A stretch of DNA of 64,000 nucleotides from Chlorokybus atmophyticus (Eukaryota; Plantae; Mesostigma and Chlorokybus algae), in assembly GCA_009103225.1 (NCBI GenBank), contig RHPI01002836.1, positions 1 to 64,000 of the forward strand, written 5' to 3'. The notes below the pieces were generated by a model, which did no database searches, was not told the origin of the DNA, and saw nothing but the letters and a program-made list of their open reading frames with translations. Below, one piece after another: positions 35,816 through 49,925 of the stretch. Each line of letters opens with the position of its first letter. Positions within the stretch are counted from its first letter, which is position 1. A program made the position numbers and the translations under genes.

Positions 35816-37291
35816 GTACTATACACGGCGGCGTACTACGCATCACGTGCATCACGCGGCGCGGAAAACTGCGAAATGAAACTGGCAGTGAGCATAATTA
35901 CAGCGTTGGGCCCCAAAGTTCCGAGGAAAACAAGCAATTTTGCAAAGAAGCTCGTAATTCATCAAGTGCACTTCGGGTCACCGATTGCAAGGTTTCCAGG
36001 AAAAAGTAAACAAGTTTAAATTGTCCGGCTAATGATTGCAAATAAACCATGGCTGTCGCTTTAGATAACAACAACACACATTGTTAATGACTGATGGATG
36101 TCACGTTGACACTTTCAAGTGAACACAATAACTTGTCATGGCAGCAAGTCGCGATCAAGTTTCTTCTCAATAAAACATGCATTATAAGCATGCTTGCCAA
36201 GTAGAGCAGCCAATGTAAAAAGAAAATCTAATGCATCTCGATTTTTACGATGCGCAAATGCTTGCGCGTTTCTTGCACATTTAAATATACATAATATCGT
36301 CTTTCCATACATCGCCGATGTCGCTTGTGTACTTACGTATCCTTAAGTAAAGCTGCTTTCTTAAATGAACGCAATAGCAATACGATCGATGGAGAATGTA
36401 TGATATAATACAACTTTGTATATGTTAGCAAGTTGCGGTCTCTTGCAACATCATGCATGTATTTCATCAACACACATTTTTGAAAAAAACATATAAGAAT
36501 CAAACAAATCAAAAGTAAATATGATGCATTTGGGTATATGAGATATGATAGGCTTGCGCGTTTCGCGCATAAGAACAAAACGCTCTCTTGTTGATCTTTT
36601 TAATTAAAACAAGCAGCCAATGTAAAAAATAGATGTGATGTATTTATGCATGTGAGATGTAAAATAGGCTTGCAAGCTACGCGCGCATATATGATGTGTT
36701 CAATTAAGATTGATGCTTATGCATCATAATCTATATACGACTCGAGCGTACAATACCATTATTGTGCCATTAAACGCGGCACATTGATGGTCCGGCTGAT
36801 GTATAGCCCGGCGGCTAAACGAAATCGGTTACGACAGCATAAGTCTCATTATTACGGACAGGGTGTGATTGCTGTTGGTAAGATAGTTTTAAAGATTCTT
36901 TGGGGGTATGGGGTGCCGTCAAACCACGTGCCACCAATGGATACGCGTTTTGTAGGATGCGTTTTGACGCGTAACTACGTTGCTGTGTAACAACGCACAC
37001 GACATTTAAGTCACCGTTTTCGTTCGCCGTTGCCACGTCGCGCCAAAGATTTTCGCGCGGTTTACGTAGCGCTCGGCAACTGCGTTTTCAACGATGCTAC
37101 CGTACAGTTTGTATACAATGTATACAACACGCATTGCGGCATAACTTTTGCGCCATTTTTTGTGTATGGTACCATGTCAACCGACTTTAAAGCATTCTTA
37201 TGACTTTACAAACAGAGTTCAAACCGTTTCAAGTAATGTGCTTATTAAACAAGGTCTTTTAAGACATTTTTGGGCGGTGCAATAGGAGGAT

Positions 37292-38259
37292 TGTAACGAT
37301 ACCACTCACTTACTTGCTGGGCGGCTTGGCAAACGTATGCACAAGCACAAGGACTTACTACTGGAAGCCCTACCAGCGTCACTGGTGCAGTACCTTGCAG
37401 AGGAAGTCACAGCACCGCACCAAGGAAGGAGAGGATGACACCAACCTCTCTACTCAGCTGCCACGGACATCACACCCCACATGGGATGAGAGGGAGAGCC
37501 CCTTGAACAACTAAACTAGGCACCCGACACACAAGAGTCGAGTATGCACATGCTGAGCTGCCTCAACACCTGTTGAGGCCGTTCATATACCCTCTCTTGC
37601 TGCTCTCCGACCTAGAACATCCAAGTCCAAGGCTACATGCCTTGTCATGGCTGCGTTGACCACAACTCATGTCTAGGGCTGCCACATCAGCCCTTGGACC
37701 TCTTTCAACGCCCAAGACTGATCACACATCAGCCTCGGACATTGTAAACGTCCCTAGGCTGGTCACATCAGCCTAGGACATCACACACATCATCCTTGGA
37801 CATTGTGAACGTCCTTGGCTGGTCACATCAGCCTAGGACATCATACTCATGCATACATATGCATCCTTATGCATACATATGCACGCATATGCACACACAT
37901 GCGCATGCATGCATATACATGCATACATTTAGTACATACCTCTCATGCACGCTTATGCACTCATATGCGTACATGTGCACACATATGCAAACACATGCAT
38001 ACACATGCGGACATATGCACACATATGTCTCTGTACATCACATGATGTCTCATCGGCTATGATCAGCCCTGTGCTTGCCATCATGCCTTGTGTAGTTCAT
38101 CATGCTCAAGGCCGCACAGGCTCTAGAGCAGACCTACATGAGAGCACACCCACAAGCACTACACACGCTTGCGTAGTGTGGGTCCCCACTTGGTCTCATC
38201 TTACTTACCACATAAGTAAGGGACAGAGAATGACTTTTGCCTGCCCTGTGGGCGTCACA
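37292..38259 (-). repeat. 3' LTR (968 bp)
   Basis: Highly similar to 43234-44250, which has an extra ~48-bp CA-rich segment. Confidence 0.97.
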
Positions 38260-38511
38260 TTCCTCCCCACTTGCATTGCAACGACCGCGTTGCAAAAGGG
38301 TGGGACACTAGTCCCGCACAAACCACAGCCAGGCTGGCCAGGCCTAACTGAGTGGCAGTGCTTCACGTGAAAGTAGTGCAAGTCGTGGGAGTGACAACCA
38401 ACTCTGATACTGTGTACCAGTGCATGCGGTGTTGGTATGTCACATGAAGATGCTGTGGGCATGTGCACATGCTCCTACAAGCTGAGCATTAGTAGCTCTA
38501 AGCACACGCTC

Positions 38512-41500
38512 TCAAGTGGCACCTGTGGAATTGAGCTCATTATCAAACTCCTCCAACAAGGCAGCACAGTTTGCCAAGTTGGTTTTCGGCTCCCAGGTGT
38601 TATGCTCTTCACCATAACCAAGCCACTTCACCAAGTATTGGATCCGAAAGTTCTTCTTGTACTTTCTGAACCGTTTGCCAACAATGGCCTCGACCTCATA
38701 CTCGAGATCGCACTCAGCCTCAACTGGAGGGGGAGGGGGTTGCACTGGACCGTCACTGTTGTACTGTTTCAGCAGTGCTACATGACACACATTATGTACT
38801 CGCATGCTCTTCGGCAAGTCAAGCCGAAAGGCACGGTCACCAACACTGTCGGTGATGCGGAATGGACCCAGCCATCTTGGTAGCAACTTGCGTACCTCGC
38901 TTGTTTTGAGTCGAATGTTCTTCGAGCTTAACAACACTTGATCTCCAACTTGGAGCTCATCTCCAGGCCTACGTTGCATGCTGGCATACATCTTTTGCCT
39001 GTCTGATGCTGCTCTCGAGCAGTCTTTTGCATGTGCCAACGAGGCATGCATGCTCTTTATGAAGTCTTTAGCCATCGGCACTTTGCTGAATGGCTCGACA
39101 TGCAGAGACATGGGTGTCAACACATGACGACCATAGTTCAGATAGAAAGGAGTGCTTCTTAACGACTCATGCCATGCATTGTTCACAGCGAACTCAGTAA
39201 GTGGCAGATACACATCCCAATCATCGAACCTGGGTGACGTGTAGTGGCGTAGCACATCTTTCAACACCTGATTGACGCGCTCCGTCTGTCCGTCACTCTG
39301 TGGATGGTAAGCAGTGCTCAAGCTCTGCTTAGTCCCCAAGTACCGGCACACAGCCTGCCAGAACTGGCTCACAAACTTGGGGTCACGGTCAGACACCAAC
39401 TCTTTGGGTACACCGTGTGATCTGAACACCGAGTCCACAAAGACAAACGCAAACTCTTGCGCATCAATGTCTGTGCGACAGGGCTCAAATCTGACCATCT
39501 TGGTCAAGCGATCAACAAAGACAACGACAGCACTGTGTCCCTTCTTTGTCACAAGTGGATCTGTGATCAGATCCATGCTCACACTCTCCCATTGATAGTT
39601 AGGAATAGCCAAGGGCTTCAGCAACCCTGCTGGCTTCCTGTGCGAGGCCTTGTCTCTTTGACAATTGTCACAACACGCGACATATTTAGATACATCAGCA
39701 CCCAAGCTTGGCCGCTAATATTGTCGCTGCAGCTGCTTGATGGTCTTTGCCATTCCCATGTGCCCACTGTACACGGAATTGTGTGCCTCAAATAGACACT
39801 CTTGCCTCAAGCCGAGTGCATTTGGCACTATAAACTTGCCCTCACGGTACCGTAAGCCCTTGTGACAAGTGACCTTGTCGTCTGCCTGCTTCAGCAACTC
39901 AACAAACCATGTGTCAAGTGCATAAGCACTAGGCAAACGCTGTATGATGTTTTCCACATCAACGGCCATTGGGTCCTCCCCACTTGGCTCGTGCACTATC
40001 AATGGTGCTTCACTGTCTGCTCTCTCGAGCTCAGTTGGCATCTCGCTGGTCTGTTGCCATTGGTGTCTAAGTGACAGCTTGCTCATGCACAGATGGCAAC
40101 TCGAAAATACTGGCACTAGCATCACCTGCTTGTGCCCACCCTTAGCTTCATGCACGTGCACGTGTTGTCACTGCCAACAGCAATGGCGAACGGCTCAAAG
40201 GGTCTGCCACATTCACTCTCCCTGGTCTGTAAACCCAGGTAAAGTGAATTTAGACAAATACTCAGCCCACCTCGCTTGTCTTCTCGATAAGGTTGGTTGG
40301 GTCTAAAAGAAAACAAGGGGGTTGTGGTCCGTGATCACACTAAACCCGCCTTCCACCCCCTCTAGATAGCAACGCCACTCTTGTAGCGCATGGACTACCC
40401 CCAACAACTCTTGCTCAGTTGTTGTATAGTTTCTCTCAGCAGGAGAGAACTTCTTGCTAGCATAAGCAAGGGGGTGCCCANTCTCTCAGCAGGAGAGAAC
40501 TTCTTGCTAGCATAAGCAAGGGGTGGCCCACTCTGGAGCAACACAGCACCAGTGCCTTTACCAGATGCATCACACTTTACCTCAAAGGGCTTGGTGAAGT
40601 CCGGCAGCTGTAGCACAGGCGCTGTCACCATAGCCTCTTTAATGGACGCAAAGGCTTCTTGCTGCCTCTGTGACCACCTCCACACGACCTTGTCACGCAA
40701 CAAATCAGTGAGAGGGGCAACACGCGATGAGTAACCCCGAATGTACTTGCGGAAGTAGTTGCTCAAGCCTAAGAATGCGCGCAGCTCGTGCACATTCTTG
40801 GGACTAGGCCAATCCTTGACCTTGGCAACCTTCCTTGGGTCAGGGCGCACGCCCTCCTTGCTCACAATGTGCCCGAGGAACTCCAGTTTATTCTTGCCAA
40901 ACTCGCACTTGGGCATGTAAGCATAGAAACGGTGCGCACGCAGCGTTTTCAACACCTCGCGCACTTGCGCGACGTGCATGTTAGCATCCTTGCTGAACAC
41001 AAGTATATCATCAAAATATACAGCACTGTTTTCCCGATCAGCTTGTGAAACACACCGTTCATCATAGCTTGAAAGGTGGCTGGCGCATTCGTCAGACCAA
41101 AAGGCAGCACTTTGTACTGAAAGTGTCCCACACGCGTTCTGAACGCTGTCTTGGGCACATCTTCCGGTGTGATCCGGATCTGATGGTACCCACTGAGTAG
41201 ATCCAAGGAGCTGAACACTGAGGCACCGCTTAGTTGATTAAGCAAATCATCTATCCTTGGCAGCGGATACCTGTTCTTGATGGTCAGCTTGTTCAAGGCC
41301 CTATAGTCTACGCACATGCGTAGCCTGCCGTCCTTCTTAGGTACGAAAAGAATGGGTGCTCCGAAAAGAGAGCTACTTGGCTCAATCAATCCCTTCTCAA
41401 GCAAGGCCTTGATCTGCCCCTCCATGTCCGCATACTCAGCTGGACTTAGCCTATACACAAGTCTGAACGCAGGCTGCGCATCAGACTCTAGAGGGATCGT

Positions 41501-42139
41501 ATGCTAGACGTCCCTCTCAGGTGGCAATGCAGGCAGTTCAGCTTGAAACACATCAGCAAATTCGGACAACAGACCTTCAAGGGCCGTGTCTGGTGGCTTG
41601 CCACCGGTCTCACCAACTGAGGTGGAAGTGTCGTCGTTGCCGACCGGCCGGACGAGCACTAGAAGAGGTTGAGCTCCATGGCGAACAGCCCTCTTCACCT
41701 GCATGGCACTCAACAAAGAACATAAGACATCTGTACTTGATGCATCATCAACAAAGCTAACAGTGGGCGCAACATTGTGCCCATATGCATGCAAGGTCAC
41801 ACGACCTCGACCTTTGCGTACACTGCAAAGTTTTGTGTCCGCGTCTGTGCGCAAGCCACATGTTTGCTCCCAGTGGCTGCCAACAATGACATCCACGCCT
41901 GACACCTCTACTGGGATGACCAAGAACTTGAGCTGAGCATGATAGCCTTGCACACGCACAGACAAGCGTACAACTCCCCGCACGGGGATCTCAAGCTTGT
42001 TCAAGGCAACAACCGTGTCATCACACTTGCTGGCACGAATGCCTAAGCGTCGCACAAGAGATTCACTCACGAAGTTCTCAGGTGTGCCCATGTCTATCAT
42101 CAAGATGCACGGCACATGCGCAACAGAAGCCTTGAACAA
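38512..42139 (-). pseudogene. Chromovirus pol: PR-RT-RNase H-IN-chromodomain, with stops and frameshifts
   Basis: IDMGTPENFVS (PR); [34 protein letters not shown] (RT); DASGKGTGAVLLQ (RH); VFVDRLTKM, SDRDPKF, HPQSDGQTER (IN); YEVEAIV..YLVKWLGYGEEHNTWEP (chromodomain). Confidence 0.95.
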
Positions 42140-42586
42140 TCAAGTCAAGTCCAGAGTACTTACCTCATGGATGGCAGGGGGGTCATACAACACACGCATC
42201 TGCCCCTTACCTAGCTTGACCTCTCCCAGGACCTGCATGCCTTTAACAAAGCGGGTCCACAACCCAGGACGCTTGGGTACAACCACGCATGCACTTGTGT
42301 TGTGCGCACTCTTGCTCTTGCAATCCACATAGTGCTTGAGCATGTTTGACAACTCGTCCACGGGTGCATTGAGCAAGACACACTTGCCTGCACATACGTG
42401 CTGCATAAATTTAGTATCTACCTGTGCACCCAACTCGTTCTCCCACACAGCGACATTGCATGGTTGGGGAAGGCGTGACATCAAGTCATTGAAAGCACAA
42501 TGCGTATCAACGTCCACAGAGCAGCTAGCCATTGGCAATCCCTGTTGTATACATGGCTTCTTGCTCTCTTCATGTCCCTCATACAT
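42140..42586 (-). pseudogene. Dam-like (N6-adenine methyltransferase-like) domain upstream of, and in frame with, the protease
   Basis: FMQHVCAGKCVLLNAPVDELSNMLKHYVDCKSKSAHNTSACVVVP resembles the NPPF-type motif IV region of retroelement Dam-like domains. One stop separates it from PR. Confidence 0.55.
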
Positions 42587-43233
42587 GAGAGCATGGCCCC
42601 GAGCAGCATCAGCTTCAGCTTTACTGAGCTGTGCTTCACGGCTACGCTTACGCTCTCGGTGGTTCTGTACACTTGCATTAACAGATGCACCAACATGTCC
42701 CTTACTTGGGATTGCACAGTCAACGATGTCACTTGACCGTTGCCATTGAGCTATGTTGGCCTCATGCTATTGCTATAACTCTGTTACCTGCTCACGCAAC
42801 GTGGCAACCAAAGTGGTAAGCTGTCGGATGGTCTTAGCAACATCATTGCCCCAAGATACCTCCTCTCTTGCTGTATGCTCTTGCTAAGCCATTGCCACAA
42901 AGGTTAGGGCCAATACCACAAGGTGAGGTCTTTGTAACAGATGCACTCACGCGCACACGCGCGCACACGCGCAGCTGGTGCAGCAACAAGCCAATGCGTG
43001 TGTAATGCTGTGTATGTGCAGCAAGAACACACAACCAATGCTCAGCGTGTAGAACGACCCACACCGTGCATGCAAGTGTGCACGCAGCTGGACGCACCAA
43101 CTAGCATGCACAATCAGCTCAAAACCCTGCCATATAGTGCGTGCAAGCAAAGAATGCAACGCACGCACGGTGCAGCAAGTGCATGAGCTGATGGGCAAGC
43201 ATGCAAGGCTTGGAATGCAAGCTCCGAGTCCAC

Positions 43234-44250
43234 TGTAACGATACCACTCACTTACTTACTGGGCGGCTTGGCAAACTTATGCACAAGCACAAGGACTTAC
43301 TACTAGAAGCCCTACCAGCGTCACTGGTGCAGTACCTTGCAGAGGAAGTCACAGCACCGCACCAAGGAAGGAAAGGATGACACCAACCTCTCTACTCAGC
43401 TCCCACACACTCACACACTCAAGCACACCTCACACACATGTGCAAAGCTGCCACGGACATCACACCCCACATGGAATGAGAGGGAGAGCCCCTTGAACAA
43501 CTAAACTAGGCACCCCACACACAAGAGTCGAGTATGCACATGCTGAGCTGCCTCAACACATGTTGAGGCCGTTCATATACCCTCTCTTTGCTGCTCTCCG
43601 ACCTAGAACATCCAAGTCCAAGGCTACATGCCTTGTCATGGCTGCGTTGACCGCAACTCATGTCTAGGGCTGCCACATCAGCCCTTGGACCTCTTTCAAC
43701 GCCTAAGACTGATCACACATCAGCCTCGGACATTGTAAACGTCCCTAGGCTGGTCACATCAGCCTAGGACATCACACACGTCATCCTTGGACATTGTGAA
43801 CGTCCTTGGCTGGTCACATCAGCCTAGGACATCATACTCATGCGTACATATGCATCCTTATGCATACATATGCGCGCATATGCACACATATGCGCATGCA
43901 TGCATATACATGCATACATTTAGTACATACCTCTCATGCACGCTTATGCACTCATATGTGTACATGTGCACACATATGCAAACACATGCATACACATGCG
44001 GACATATGCACACATATGTCTCTGTACATCACATGATGTCTCATCGGCTATGATCAGCCTTGTGCTTGCCATCATGCCTTGTGTAGTTCATCATGCTCAA
44101 GGCCGCACACGCTCTAGAGCAGACCTACATGGGAGCACACCCACAAGCACTACACACGCTTGCGTAGTGTGGGTCCCCACTTGGTCTCATCTTACTTACT
44201 ACATAAGTAAGGGACAGAGACTGATTTTTGCCTGCCCTGTGGGCGTGACA
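43234..44250 (-). repeat. 5' LTR (1017 bp)
   Basis: TGTAACG...GTGACA followed by TSD AGGAT. Confidence 0.97.
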
Positions 44251-46094
44251 AGGATATAGTTATTTAGTTGGTTATTGTGAGAGGGGTAGGTTTGTACGGT
44301 GACGACTAATAGTATGAGAATGCAGACTGAGTAAGCGATTTTATTTCATTCAACAACTGAAGATTAGATGTAACATATCCTTTATATACATTTATATGCG
44401 GCCATGTGTAATAGACAATCATTTGCTGCTATTTCACCAAATACTTACCATTATAAGATAATGATTATGAGATAACCTTAAAACATATCCAACCAAAAAC
44501 ATGCCGTCACATGTGGCCATTGCATGCACACGGTGTGCATACTGTGCTCATTATTGTTTATAAATGGGGATATATGAGCTAATGCGTGACATGGAGATGT
44601 GCTTTGAACGGTCACGACCTTGTCTTTGGCAAAACCAATGGTTCCATGCTAGTACTCGCCGCCCAGCCAATAAGAGGCAGCAAGTCGCGCACACTACCGC
44701 GCAGCCCGGTCGTCAGTGCCATGTGTGATGGCCCGTCATCACTAATGGCCCTAGCGCGTGTGACCTTGCTTGCGTGTCGGCCGGCCGGACCAAACAGCCG
44801 CACCACTAGGGTAAATTTGGACACCTAATTAAGGATAGGTTATAAGCTATGATGCCTATATACGATGTGGGGTTGTGATGGCTTGGTGTCAAGCCTGTCG
44901 TGTCCACTGTCTGACACACTCGACGGCAAATTTGTAGCGTATCTAGTGCGCTTGCAGCAGTCAGTGAAGTGGAGAGGTGGCTGTGACCGGTCTAAAAAGG
45001 CTGATGGGCTTAGTTCGGACGACTGAAACTGGCTGCTTTCAGCCTGTTCTGGCGGGTTGTTGGCCTTTGATAGCCCTGAGCCTGTGCTAATGTGCTGTCC
45101 TTGCCATTTGTGGCCTGAGACGTGCCTCTCAACCTCGCCGCCATCGCCGCAGCGGTTGGCGGTGAGGTTGTTGTTATTGTTGGGTGCCCGAACTTAGGGG
45201 AGGTGGTAGGCGCCCACTGCCTTGTTGCCTTGCTAGCCGTTTTGTGGGGTCGAAGCGCTCGGCCCGCAAGTCCCGCCGCCACCATGGTGCGTCCTACTGT
45301 CCCTGCTTGCGCCAGGGGTTTATTGAAACCCTCAAATTGCCGTTGCCCTTGCCTTGCAACCACTGCTGGTTTGTGGTGATTGTCTTGTTGTGTGTGCTGT
45401 TGTGGTGACTGTTTGTGTTAGTCTTGCCTATGGGTCTGTGGTGGGCAACGTGATGAAGGCTGGGGACATTGTGGAGCAGTTCAGCGGAGATTGGCCCATG
45501 GACCTGCCTCTAAGCGACTAAGTGCTGACTTAGTTGGCCTTCGGGCCACTCACTATGTGTGTGTGTGTGCGCATGCTTGGCATGTGCAGTGTCATCAGGT
45601 GTGCTAGCCACTGTGCTAGCCATGCAGTCCTAGCTGGTGTGCTGTGATGCCCCGGCCCCAATGACCCCTGTATATAGCCACTCTGGTAATGTACCTCCCC
45701 ACCCTGATCATCTTGTGTCCAATGCATGCATGCTGCCAATTGTCTGTACGCATTGTCTGTATGCATGCCCCTTTGTGCACAGCATTTACACACACTAGGT
45801 GCATTCACATTCAAGTTGTGCACTATATTCATTGTCCCTCGGCAAAGCACTAGTAATGCATGGAAGCTATGTACATGGCAGTATATGTCCGATACTAACA
45901 GAAACTAGCGGAGACCCCTAGCTGCCTGCTTAAGGTGAAGCAAGGTTTGGGCTGGAGTTGTGTTTGCAATCGCAGCATCAACCACTGCATTGGCCTGCTG
46001 CATGTGTGTTGCTATTGGAGACATTGACAGATAGCGCGCACGGTGCGGCCTTCATGTGGGGCTTGGCTGTGGTGTGAGGTTGCGCAGAGGGTGG

Positions 46095-48480
46095 TCAAAG
46101 TAGACTGCACCCTGGGCCTTGCATCATCGACGCCAAGTCTATGATGCAAGGCTTCGCGCCAGCAGGTGTGTTGATGTGGGTTGGACCTGCTCTTGCCACC
46201 GCGGCTGCTATGCTAGCAGCTTGGCCTGCTTGGCAGTCTCCTTCTCTGCCTTGGCAGCTTCCCTCTCTGCCCTGGCAGCTTCCTTCTCGATTCTCACCTG
46301 CTGCTTCTACCATGCCAACACCTCTCGCTGGGCTGCCTTCTCCACACGGAGTGCTGCAGTCAACTCCTTCACCCAGGCCAATTCCTGCTTGTTGTTGGCT
46401 GCCGCCAGCTTGCGCGCCTCAACAGCAGCCTTCTTCCCTGCAAGCTCAGCCTTCTTTGCTTGCAGGGCCTTGATGTATCCCTCTGATGTCAGGCACAAAG
46501 AGCCCTGGATCTGTGGAGCCTTGGTCTTCTTCTGTTGCCAAGCAGAAGGTTCTGCCTGATTCTGCATGACCCCGAAGTTGATTTTGGTGGTGTTGGCACC
46601 AGCAGCAGCAGCAGCCCCCACTGCAGGTGGATCCGTGTTTACGTTGATGTTGTAGTTGTTGTTGTTGTTGGCGATGTTGACATTGTTGTGGTTGACAATG
46701 CTTGGCATCACAGGCTCAGGAGGATCATTCTCCTTGTCGCTGGTGCTCTCCTCATCTTCTGTGGCATCTGCGTCAGCCTCCTCGTCAACAGGCATAGGCA
46801 CTCCTTGACTATCCAACACTGGGCCTCCAAAATTCATGCTGCATTTGCGCGTGCGCCAGGTCAGGTGTGATGTCCTTAGCTGCTGGTTTGGGAAGCTGTG
46901 GCACCTTGTCGTCCAAGGCATGCGTGTTTACTAGCTATATGCCTGCCAAACCCACACATGGTTAGGTGGGCCACTTCTTACAATGCATGTAACACTTGCA
47001 TGTTGCTCTACCTGTCTTTTTGAAGCCACTGATGATGTTGGCAGGTGTCATGGCGAGGTAAAAGGGCTTTGCTGTTAGCTCAATGAGCTTCAGCTTGGTG
47101 ATTGGGCAGGTGGGATGCTCTACTCGCCACTTGAGGAACTCTGATCGGTAGTGCTGCTTGAGCGCTTTGAAGCATCTCACATCCAGTACCTAAAAGGTAA
47201 GAGACACAGCAGCATCAGCATACAACCACTCAGCCACCTTAGTTGACAACTCTCACTGCATTGCACCCACTTACCTGCATAAGGTGTGTCATATGCGCTG
47301 GGAAAGTATGGTGACCCCATTGTCCCGTGCCATCTCCAGCAACTCATGATTCATGCGTAACGAACGGCCGTCCAGCAGCAGAAGGACAAGCCTGGAGATG
47401 CTGGCGCCACTAGGTATGTGTTCCAAGAACCTTTTAAACCAGTCAACAAACAACTCGAGTGTCATGTACGCATTCTCTTGCATACGCATGAAGGCACCTA
47501 GTGGGCCAGCCTGCACATAATTCGCAGTGAAGCGTGCCCCCTTGAGGATGTACATGGGAGGCATCCAGTTGCCAGCAGCGCTCACGCACGCCATCATGCT
47601 AATGTGTTCGCGACTGCCAAACTGGTTGTAATAGAAATTTTTGTACCCCTTCTTGCAAATCACCTTGACAGCTCCTGCCATGCAGCCTGTTGTCATCACC
47701 ACCCTACTGAAACTAACAGCAAAACGTGATTGTGTACAGCAACATACCAAGGTTATCTGGCTCAAAGCCAGTCTCGTCCGCATTGAAGATGCGTGAGGGA
47801 TCATCAATGCCCAACTCCTCCAAAGTCCTGACGTACAAGTCGAAGAAACCCTCCACATTCTCCCTTGTGCAAGCTTGCCACCTCCTCCTATCCAGACCCT
47901 CAGCAACTCTGCATGCCAGCTGGTGTCTTGTCATGAGCAAGCGCAGCCACTTGTAGCCAGGGCAGCCAGCGACACCAAACCTCTTCAGCCGCTTCTTAGG
48001 ATCAGCCTTCAGCATATATTTACCACCTGTGGCCACCACATCCTGGTGAGACACATGCACACTGCACATACACACACACTTGCACTTGCACTTGCACACA
48101 CACATGCGCACACACAGACTTCACCTTCTGAAACAAGGCTGGGCAAGTAACACCAAAGTTGTTGTCAGCACACCAGTTGATCCACCTCACCAGCTCCGTC
48201 TCTTCTGCACCAGTCATCACCGGTGGACGCCCACTAGGAGTGCGAAGCTGCAGCTTCTCAGGAAAGTGCATGTAGTCATAAGGGTGGACTTCGCAACGCC
48301 ATGGGTGGCAGCAGATATTATAAGCCCCATCCCAGCCTTGACGTCATCTACAGCAATTGCCATCTTCAACAGATGGCTCTGGCCCTTGGCCCCCCAGTTG
48401 ATGTAACGTATACCCTTGCGCCTGGTTGTGCCCAAGCAGCTGCGTATAGCAGCTTTGCTGCGCCCCCTGAAGCGTTTACA
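46095..48480 (-). pseudogene. pogo/Fot1-like (DDE_1) transposase with spliceosomal introns, frameshifted
   Basis: psq-like HTH (MAI..DVKAGMG..SAATHGVAKSTL), CENP-B HTH (GRPPVMTGAEETELVRWI), IFNADETG, HISMMACVSAAG..PPMYILKG, LLLLDG, PAHMTHLMQ|VLDVRCFKALK, IISGFKKTG. TIRs not found. Confidence 0.85.
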
Positions 48481-49364
48481 AGGGCCAGGAGCTGAGGGTG
48501 TACTACATGGTCTCTTGCTGCCAGCTGCAAGAGTAGTCTCCTGCAGCATAAGCATAGTTTGACGCAGTGCAGCAGCAGCCTCAACACACACACTTGCATA
48601 GCAACTACCCTCCATGTTATGCTGAGCACCACAACCTCACCTCGTCCCCTTGTGTGCTCTGTGTGTCTTGACTTGCGCACACACACATGCGAGTGCGCTT
48701 GTGTTGCATGTGTCATGCATGTGCACAATGCAATGGGGTCACATGCATAGCATTGCATATACGCTACACACACACACACACACACACACACAGCAATCCC
48801 ACGTCGTAGCCATGCGTCGTTGCACGCCATGCCGATAACACGGGCAAACTTCGTTACTTCCTATGCACTTGCAGTTCGTTGCGACCTTAAGCATCACTCT
48901 GTATGGCTACCAGGGATCCTACGACTTCTCACATGCACGGTACCCCCGGTCAAACATGTGGCAACCATGTGCATGTCACACCGCAACACACACTTCATCA
49001 GCATGTATCGCATGTCAATCAACATGCATCCACTGCCAACACCTTCTCAGGAACGCTACACTCAAAGTTGCGATTTACAATAGGGCATGCGTTACATAGG
49101 GTAGAGCCACACCGCTTAACAACAGCACAAGCGGACATGGCTTGCGTCTGACCTTATACGATTCAAGAACTGCCAAGGCATAGTGTATGAAGATGTGACA
49201 CTATTCATCACATAGCATAAATGCTTCAAATACTTTCAGCATGTTATTGAATACCCACATACATGAACACTTGACACACACATGCCTTTGGCAGACCACC
49301 ATTGGGCACAATTACCTACATCAGCACTGCCTTCACGCCTCGGAGCCGGCAACACCCCCCCCAC

Positions 49365-49573
49365 NNNNNNNNNNNNNNNNNNNNNNNNNNNNNNNNNNNN
49401 NNNNNNNNNNNNNNNNNNNNNNNNNNNNNNNNNNNNNNNNNNNNNNNNNNNNNNNNNNNNNNNNNNNNNNNNNNNNNNNNNNNNNNNNNNNNNNNNNNNN
49501 NNNNNNNNNNNNNNNNNNNNNNNNNNNNNNNNNNNNNNNNNNNNNNNNNNNNNNNNNNNNNNNNNNNNNNNNN
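49365..49573. other. Assembly gap (N run)
   Basis: Run of N. Confidence 1.
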
Positions 49574-49925
49574 CCCCGCCCCTTTCGCCAAAACCCTTCA
49601 CCGCCAACCACAGCGCAACTGCTCAACTGCCATTTGATTAGGGTTTTATCAGCCAGCCACATGCATGCTTACGCACGCACAGCACTCCCTGCATCATTGC
49701 AGCCATGTGTACGCCATGCTCTGGGCTTGCTGGCAGACTAACGTATCACAGGAGGCACAGTCTCAAACACAACCAATAACCATGTTATTGGTACTTGTAA
49801 CTGTTGCTGACATTACAAAAACTACACATTTATGTGACCCCAAAACCTTGTGTGCTACTCTAGCACTATGTACAGACATGAACACCATGACCGCCACTGC
49901 TACTGCCACAATAATCCCTGCTAGG

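Larger units (their letters stand above)
24600..37290 (-). mobile_element. Helitron2/Helentron-type rolling-circle transposon region with cargo genes (termini not determined)
   Basis: Contains RepHel, a GIY-YIG gene and tandem repeats. Candidate GC hairpin at 24622-24643. Boundaries are inferred only. Confidence 0.6.
37292..44250 (-). mobile_element. Full-length chromovirus (Ty3/Gypsy) with two LTRs
   Basis: LTRs 37292-38259 (3') and 43234-44250 (5'), TG...CA ends, TSD AGGAT on both sides, PPT AGTGGGGAGGAA next to the 3' LTR, PBS-like TGGACTCGGAGC next to the 5' LTR. Confidence 0.97.

Noticed and set aside
37796-38062. His/Met/Thr-rich ORFs in both chromovirus LTRs (also 43787-44053)
   Set aside because: They arise from CATA/CACA low-complexity LTR sequence.
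40432-40528. 49-bp tandem duplication in RNase H around a single N
   Set aside because: Typical contig-overlap assembly artefact, not biology.
49236-49741. ORFs spanning the N gap (also 15316-15796)
   Set aside because: They are open only because of the N runs.
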